Below, piece after piece: positions 55,860 through 64,000 of a stretch of DNA of 64,000 nt (position 1 is its first letter; every line of letters starts with the position of its first letter). The stretch is from assembly GCF_009914755.1 (NCBI RefSeq), contig NC_060944.1; one strand, given 5' to 3'. The notes beneath the pieces were generated by a model that ran no database searches, had not been told where the DNA came from, and saw only the letters and a list, made by a program, of their open reading frames with translations. The position numbers and the translations under genes are program-made. The DNA is from the human T2T-CHM13v2.0 reference genome, Homo sapiens.

Positions 55860-56670
55860 AGACCAGCTGCTAAAGTTGAACACCACAGATGATTCTTTCA
55901 AAGCGATTCTGAAAAACCATATGCTGGAATCTAAATTTCTTAAACTTTACACACAAGATCAGAACTCCACATCTTAATAGCCATATAACTCTATAAAGAA
56001 TTACCCCTGATTTCTCTGGTAGATCATCACTGCAGAAGGAACAAAAAAAGGCTTCATAAAAGCATTCCACCTGTATTGTTGGCAGATGACTTATAAATGT
56101 CGCACAGACACGGGCTGACTACTGGCTCATAGAAGAAGCATTAAATGAACGACGAGACATCTGCTGGTAAATACACAGCAAACAAAAAATGCAACTCAGA
56201 GCCAAACATGTGCACAGTGTGGGCCCCATCTCTGCTCATAAACCAAGCAATGTGTTCTGCTAATCATTAGCAGAGTTATTGATTTTAGATGTGTATCACA
56301 CAGCTATAATTTTGTCAGAGAGTAGACCACATAAGTTGTTCTTTTTCTGGTTGTTTCATTTTGTCTTATTCCAAGAGTCCGTAAATTGACGACCGGGACA
56401 AAAATTATAATTGACATCATCTGTGGGAAATATTTCATAAAACAACAGGCCCAGATGTAGGATTAAAGCCATGTGGTAGTAAAATACCCCACTGAAAAGG
56501 GGCCAGGTTCCATGATTTCTTAAGAAAACAGATGTGCTCTTTTTCCCTCTGCTTGTTTTTCAATTTTTTTTCTCCAAATAAATCCCCCCCCAACCACCAA
56601 CGTTTTTTCCTCTCTGTCTCCTCACGATTGCACTGGAGAGAGTTCATAAATGGATTACAGATGTAGGCTT
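55860..56670. promoter_or_regulatory. Candidate enhancer: homotypic CAGATG E-box and TCATAAA cluster
   Basis: 7 CAGATG/CATCTG, 4 TCATAAA, FOX-like GTAAATA, TGTGGGAA and a TAATCATTA palindrome in repeat-free sequence that retains CpGs. Confidence 0.55.
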
Positions 56671-57699
56671 GTACTTCAAAATTCTAACTGTCACAATCTC
56701 TGGAATAAAATAAATGAAACATTTGGAAAAATTACATTGAACTATTGTAAAGGTAATGATGATTATGCAAACATGTCTGCTTGACATTTATCTAGCATCT
56801 TTGGGCATGAGCATATGATCTCCCAGATACCTCAAGCTGGAGTTCAGGGAGTAGGAAGTAATTTAGAGTTTGTCCAAAATGCAGCAACAGTAACTCCTTC
56901 TGAAAGCCCCCTGTTCTGAAGGGGAAGCTTTTATCTTTGAAGTTTCGACAAGTTGGTAAAAGGGTTCTCACGTACTTTTTTTCTTCTTAAGGTGAGATTT
57001 CTGGATAAAACAGCACAGGAAAATAAGAACCCAATATATCTCAGCCTCTACTCATTCAAGTTCCTTTTATCTATATTATGCTCTACAATTTCCCCTTTGG
57101 AAATGTTGTGAACCACAAGAAAAGGATCCTAGGGCACAAACACAGGCTATATTGTTTAACAACTAATCTACAAGTGCTGTGAAGAACTGCACACAACCGG
57201 GTTTTTGCCAAAAACCTTGGTGTCATATGGAATCCATTGCAGTATCACTGATTACAATTAATTAATTCAGCATTTATGCTGTATCTCAGCATCCACCTCC
57301 AGTAATGTGCCAAGATGGCTTAGTGTTGGGAGAAAATAATAAAGTGTAAAAGAAACTAAATTTCCATCATGTGTCACGTTAAGATTTCAACAGAATATCT
57401 GCACTCTCCAACTGTCCCTTTTCAGCCCCTCAAAAACTGAAGCAAACAGTACATAAATTTGTTTAGAAACCAGAGGAGCCTGACTCCAATTTCCCTGCAT
57501 TGTTTCTTTAGTCTGTCTTCTTGGGGTTAAATAAGAAATAGAATTCAAAGTACCAGTGAGACCCCAGGAGACCTGAGCTGAGTAACAACTCACGAAGATC
57601 ATTTTGATACTCCCATTTCAGCATCCTCCTTTCTACCAGTTCCTCAGATGCCCAGCTCAAGGCTGAACACCTTTGTGCTCCATGAGATGAGTCTGAAAG

Positions 57700-57855
57700 A
57701 GATTATGCTAGGTAAAATAAACCAGATATTATATTATTCCACTTTTATAAAATACCTACACATAGGCAAACTCATGGAGACAGAAAGTATATTAGAGGTT
57801 ACCAAGGGTTGGAAAGGGTGAGAAATGGGGAATTGCCACTTTTTGGGTATAGAGT
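57700..57855 (+). mobile_element. L1MB-type 3'UTR fragment
   Basis: ataggcaaactcatggagacagaaagta.attagaggttacca.ggg. Confidence 0.75.
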
Positions 57856-58081
57856 GATATTGCTCCATGAGAATTTATGAAAGGAGAAATTAATAGAATG
57901 GTGTGAGAGTGAGGGGCAAGACAAAAGAGGAATTATGATTCCTCCCTGGGCACCAAAGACGAATCAGAACAATGTGTATGAGTCTTTATGACTGTTAAAT
58001 TTTACTGTTACAGAGATGAGAGCTACAGATAAATGATTGATCCATCCCAAAGTAAGTGTGTGTTCAGAGGGCATATAATAG

Positions 58082-59215
58082 TTTTTAAAGGTTATTGTGG
58101 CAAAATATGTATAATGGAAAATATGCCATTATATCCATCTTTCAGTGTACAATTTAGTGGCTTTAGTTGCATTCACAGTGTAGTGCAACCAGCACCACTA
58201 TCTATTTTTAAATTTTTTTCATCATCCATACAGAAATTCTATACCCAATAAGTGGCAATCCCCATTTGTCAGTCTTTCTAGCCCCTAATAACCTCCAATA
58301 TACTTTCTGTTTCTATGAATTTGCCTATGTGTAGATATTTTATGAAAGTGGAATAATATGGTTTATTTTATTTAGCATAATCTCTTTCAGACTCATCTAT
58401 ATTGCCACAGGTATCATATGTTTCATTCATTCTTATGTCTGAATAATATTCCATTGTGTGTACCTACCCCATTTGATTATCCATTCATCCGTCAATGAAT
58501 ACTGGGTTGTTACCACCGTTGGGCTGTTGTGCATAATGCTGATGTGAAAACTAGTGAACAAGTATCTGTTTTTACCTTTATTCTCAATTATTTCACTTAC
58601 CTTGGAGTGGAATTGCTAGTTTATATGGTAATTCTGTATTAACATTTTTAGGAACTGCCAAACTGCTTTCTAAAGCAGCAGGACAATTTTACTTCCCCAT
58701 CACTGCCAGCAGTTATTATTATTATTATTGCCATGCTTGTTGGCCATTGTATTTTTTCTTTGGAGAAATGCCTTTTCAAATAATTTTCCCATTTTTCAAT
58801 TTGATTGTTTGTCTTTTTGTTGTTGACTTGTAGGGATGATTTATATATTCTGGCTATTAACCTTGTTCAGCTATATGATTTGCAAATATTTTCTCCTGTT
58901 CCTTAGGTTGTCTTTTCACTTTCTTAATCATATCCTTTGATGGATAGAAAATTTTAATTTACTGAAGGTCAACTTACCATTTTTTTTATTTTGTCGTTCA
59001 TGCTTTTGGGATCATACATAAGAATTTATTGCCAAATCCAAAGACATGAGGAAGTTCCCTTATGTTTTCTTTGAAGAGTTTTATGGCTTTAGTTCTTATA
59101 CATAGGTTGTTAATTCACTTTAGTTTATTTTTCTTAACAGTGTAAGAGTCCAAGTTGATTCCTTTACATGTGAATATCCAGTTGTCCCAACATCATTTCA
59201 TGATGAGAGTGCGTT
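58082..59215 (-). mobile_element. L1MB-type 3' portion
   Basis: agtgtacaatttagtggctttagt.gcattcaca...tctgtttctatgaatttgccta...atccagttgtcccaacatcattt. Confidence 0.88.
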
Positions 59216-62200
59216 TTGATTCAGATTCCAAAGCAGGGTATGAGGACCACAGTTAGGGGACCAAGGATTAAACTTTTTATTTCTCTATGGAATTCCTTAT
59301 TTATCAAGTGGTCTGTACTGACAGACCCCTATTTGATATAATATCTATTTAATTCAATTGCTATTCTATTAGAACACCCTGTTTTATTTATTTTCTCCAC
59401 TAAAACCCACTAGAGAGCTCTGAAGTTATAGAACCACAGCAGCAGTGTGTTTCTATGGTCACAGATGCTTGATTATTAGAGGGTTAAGATGGGGGTATAA
59501 CATGTATAGGGAGGAGAGAAACTAACCTGTTATTGATCACATGGGGACTTGGCCACCTACTTGGGGTCACTGGCTGGGACCTCAGTAGCAGAGCAGGAGA
59601 GAAAGGGGAGAAATGGTCTCCAGTTCTGAGCTTACAAGAAGAGCAGGTAAAATTGGGCTTGGCTTGAACTGGTGAGAGGTTGATCTGATCAGTAGCGTAA
59701 GATGGTGGAGGTGAGTAGATAGGTGAGCAACAAGCCACTGCATTGCCAGTAATCCACCAGTGTAGGAGGGACATTACAGCCTTGAGTGGAAAGATGAAGA
59801 GAGGAGTCTGATCTTACCTGAGAGGGAGCTAAAGAGAAAGGTCACATCTCAGAGAAATCATTCACACCATTTGCAGTTTAGAATTGAGAAAACAGACAAA
59901 GAAACTGAGGCAGAAACCAACACACAGATTGAAAAAAATAATCTTCAGTGATCATTCCAGGGACAACATGAGGGCTATTAGATCTTGAACAGCAAGACTC
60001 AATCAGAGCATATCCAGTGGTGGGGAATTAGAATTCTTTACAATTGAGTCAGAGTCACAGGCACTCGAGCCCGAACATGAAGAGTGCTAGGTCTCATAGC
60101 CATGCTGGGCTGGCACATTAGGAGCAAGAAAAGGAAGGTAAGCCCTGTGGAAAGGAAGGCCAGAAAAAACTGACTTCCTGTACCCGTAGCAACTCCTCAG
60201 CCTCTCTCTCCGTAGAAGGGGCAATCAAGCTAAAGATTTTATTTATGAAGCCAGCTTGACATCATATTTTAAAATTTTGTTGTCCTGAAGATAGAGATTT
60301 CAAAAATCACGTAAGTGGAGCATAAAAAACAAAGCCGAGAATTGAACCACTATAGAATTTGATGGCATTTTATTTCAAGAGACAGTGCCATAGAAAGGAC
60401 AATTGCAAACTCTATCAGTGGTCTCATGGTCATCCTACAGAGTCATCTGATTATGACACCCCTTACAGTAAGGAATAGTTGGAAGCAACAAGGAAAGTCA
60501 AGAAATCCCATAATGTGACTCTCTTAGACAAAGTAGACGAGTCTAAGGCCCTAGGATATGGTCATTCAATCCACCCTGTGTCTGAACCAGTCAACAATAA
60601 GAAGTGTGAGAAACACAAATAAGAGCTGTCAAAAAAGAGAAAGATTTTCAGTATAAGAAGTGGCTAGGCTTTGGATCAAATGCTAATGTTTCATTCCTGG
60701 TATTTACTTGGATTGTACCTTATTTGACGTTTCCTTGTCAGCTTCAGATTTTCACCAAGTCCTTGCAGTGCTTGGGGAGCCACACTGGGTCAGGCAATCT
60801 GATGAAATGCATAGATGCTTCATCTCACATTCACTGGAATAGATGTCTTAAGTACACTTATTGTGTTAGTTGTGCTTCATTTCTCCAAAAAATACAGACC
60901 TTCATTTAATAACAAATGGACCAAAAAAAAAAAAAAGGAACGTATGAAGCAGGCAGGACTTCTTTGATGTTCTCTATTTCAAAATGTGATGGGAAGAAAC
61001 TTCAGAGGAAATATTTTTATTTTCTCTTCAACAATGGCTAAAACAATGAATAGGGTTGAGAGAATTTTTGAGCCCTGAATCATTGCTTCTATGCATCAGG
61101 CTTCCTTGTTCATATACTTAGTAGAATAAGGCAACTTTATTTTCTTGAAATGCTGTTTTTATTTCATTATTTCCCAATTCAAACCCCTTAATTACTTCTC
61201 TATGGGTTACTGAAAAATGGCATTGAATAATACATTTTCAGTTCTATAAGAAATCCTAACATACATCTCATGCAATTCCCTTTTCTTTGACAACAGGGGA
61301 AACTGATGCTCAGATAGACTAAAGGAAAATGTAAGTCTCCCAATTCGTCAGTGAGGAATCCAGGCCTAGAACTGCTTCTGTCTTCCAACGTCATGCTCTT
61401 TATGTAACTGGATCACTGCAGACTATATAGAGACCCACACCATGCCTCTGTGCTCCTTTTCAGCTTCATCTTCAGTGCTATCTCCCCTAAATTGCCCTCC
61501 TTGCAATTCTTCAAGAACCCCACAAGCCTGAAATATCCTCTCTCATCTTCTTTCTGTGTTCAACTATCTTCCATGTAAAGACGAGCCTACATTTCCCAAG
61601 AATTTTTTTCTAAGCAACACCTGTCTGAGGAAGAATTAGTATTAGTTGCACTCATTTGTCACATTTCTCTATCTACTTTTGCTTATATCTAAAAACTTAT
61701 GATAAACATAAGACTGTAAGAATTCAGAAGTGTTAGCTTTTTTCCCTAGATAACTTTATGTTTATTAATCACTCCATCACATTTTGAAAAATTTAGAATA
61801 TGCTTATACTTGCCAAATGACACAAATAAATGGATAACATTGTGGATTCGTTCTGATGTATATACATAAGAAATATCAACATTTTGCAAAATGAAAGTAA
61901 AAAATATCATTTCATCTTTTGAGACGATATTAACATTATTATAGATTAGCCATTGAAAATATTTTTCATAAAAAGTTAAAATGGATATAAATAAAGCGTG
62001 CCTTTAAGAGAAAGGATCTGAGATTGAAAGGTGAAGAGACTCAGCCAATTTGACATGTAGAATAACTGAAATAGCTCTTGGGTCTTTCGGCTTTATTTTC
62101 CCCAGCCTTCCAAACTTACATTCATAAGCTCTTTCTTTACAGAATTAGGATCACAGTATTCTTTTGAAACCCAATGGATATGTGGCAACCCCAGGTCACC

Positions 62201-63731
62201 CTCATTATATGTTCTGCTAATGCCTCTATGTTGTCCTCTAGTTGAACTGTGGTTTTGCACACAGACAGATTCCAAATGGATGGGGATTTCACCAGTTTTA
62301 CTGATTTGGCCAAAGTTCTTAGCACCAGTCTTGCATTTTAATATGGCACTATGGTTCAGTTCCCAGAGTAACGAAAGATGAAAATCCCATTATTACCTAA
62401 GATGAAAATCAGCTGTACACATAGTCCATATTTTCAGCAGACCATTTTTATGAACTAGAGCCAATGTACACATTAAAATCTCCTTACAAGTCGCCCATCA
62501 CCTTATTCAGCAAAGTGGCTTCATCACTGGGAAAAAAAAAGAGAATAGATTTTGCAGAAGAACAGGAAATGTTAGTGACCAAATGTATTCTACAGAAAAG
62601 AGAACTAGAGAAGTGACAAATCTATGAAATGATTTTTTAAATGAGTCTGATCAAAGATAGCAACCACAGAGCATTTTTTCTTTACATCAGAAAATGAAAG
62701 AATAAATAAAGGACAGTATTAGAATATCTGCAGAGGTTAAACAAAGGGAAAAATCAGCTCTTTAATCAATAATAAATATACCTACATCCACTGCATCTAT
62801 ATTTGTATTGATAACTGCATATTTATTTGTCTAGCTACACAAATTAGAGCTACTTCAACCACAAGGCTAATTTGAGCAAGGCTTCCCCAAGGTTTAACTG
62901 GGAAGGGTTTAATAATATTTCTCCCATGATCCATGTGATCTTCACATGATTAACTTAGTCAGTGATCACATGGGAATCAGCTGAACCTTGAAGAAAAAGG
63001 CCTAGGCATGTTATACAGTGACAGATTTATTGGAGGATATTAACTAACATGCCTTTCCTCACTTCCTGCTTGCATTTGACCAACATCAACTAGAGCTGCT
63101 GGAGGTTGCCTTCAATTGCTCCAAAAAGAGGCAGAGGGAAAAAAAAGTCAGTTTCTTGGTAAGTCAATCAGTTTCCCAACAGAAAACAAATATTTATAGA
63201 TAGTTTTAGGAAATAACTAATTTAAAAGTTCTGGGTATGGTTAAAGAAACCAACAAGGAATGGGAAAGCACCAAGAACAGTCAGGAGAAAGCTTTATGAG
63301 CACTAGCCTTGTCACTCCCCTAAGTAAGAGTGGCAAGTGGGGTTACTGATACTGAGAATGTGCTGTGGCCATTGGCAGGCAATGGAGTCACTGCTAGAAC
63401 CATGGCCTGCTAGTGAGGGAGCAAGGCAAACAGTCACCCTAACATTTTTCTCCTGTGAATTCCAAGTCTTTTGCAGGTGTATTCTGCAGCTAAACTCGGT
63501 GGGAAGCCAGAGGTCATGGAAGCACAGGAGTTGCAATTTGTAGAGGACGACTTTCTGTGGCAAAGATTAAACACAGATTATTTTTCAAGAGGGACAAATA
63601 GAACATAAACGACATACCTGACTTTTAAGTTCTGCAACTTCTTTTAAAAATGGATTTCAGATTTCAGGTTCTGGGGGAAGAAAGTAGACATACTTTTCCC
63701 TATTCCTAAGTATGATTTTAAAGCCTGAATG

Positions 63732-63861
63732 TGATAGATAGATGATATAATAGATAAATAGCTATACAGACAGATGACAGCTATATGTTAAATAGATAGA
63801 TAGATAGATATAGATAGATAGATGATAGATAGATAGATAGATGATAGATAGATAGACAGAC
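63732..63861. repeat. Compound (GATA)n/(GACA)n microsatellite
   Basis: Interrupted GATA runs at 63793-63855 followed by gacagaca. Confidence 0.96.
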
Positions 63862-64000
63862 ATAAGACTCTGAAAGGTGGAAAGAAGAATACAGATGATC
63901 TAAGGAACACAGAACAAAAGATGAAATGTGATATGATTTTCTCGTTTGGGGGTATATTTTTTCCTTGAACAAAATTTGGAGGTGATAAAGCTGGAAACCA

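Overview
AT-rich primate (human-like) genomic DNA. I recognise no protein-coding gene, structural RNA gene or CpG island, so it looks intergenic or deep-intronic. Roughly half is transposable-element debris: about a dozen Alus, an apparently full-length but decayed L1MA-type element (3.7-11.9 kb, minus strand), two L1PA15/16-like 3' portions, MaLR LTRs (THE1, MST, MLT1), ERV1/ERVL solo LTRs, hAT/Tigger DNA-transposon remnants, and L2/MIR/L3 fragments. Most of the longer ORFs in the track are chance frames in these repeats. Four kinds of structure are not explained by repeat annotation. (1) Two old local direct duplications: ~620 bp at 21.8 kb copied from 31.9 kb, and ~240 bp at 27.1 kb copied from 28.7 kb. 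Both look like templated insertions into pre-existing repeats. (2) Several short inverted (snap-back) templated insertions. (3) A three-copy ~70-bp minisatellite with a hairpin in each unit. (4) A repeat-free ~0.8-kb block at 55.9-56.7 kb with seven CAGATG E-boxes and four TCATAAA motifs, a strong developmental-enhancer candidate. I cannot support a novel coding system here. Repeat subfamily names are from memory of consensus sequences and need RepeatMasker/Dfam confirmation.
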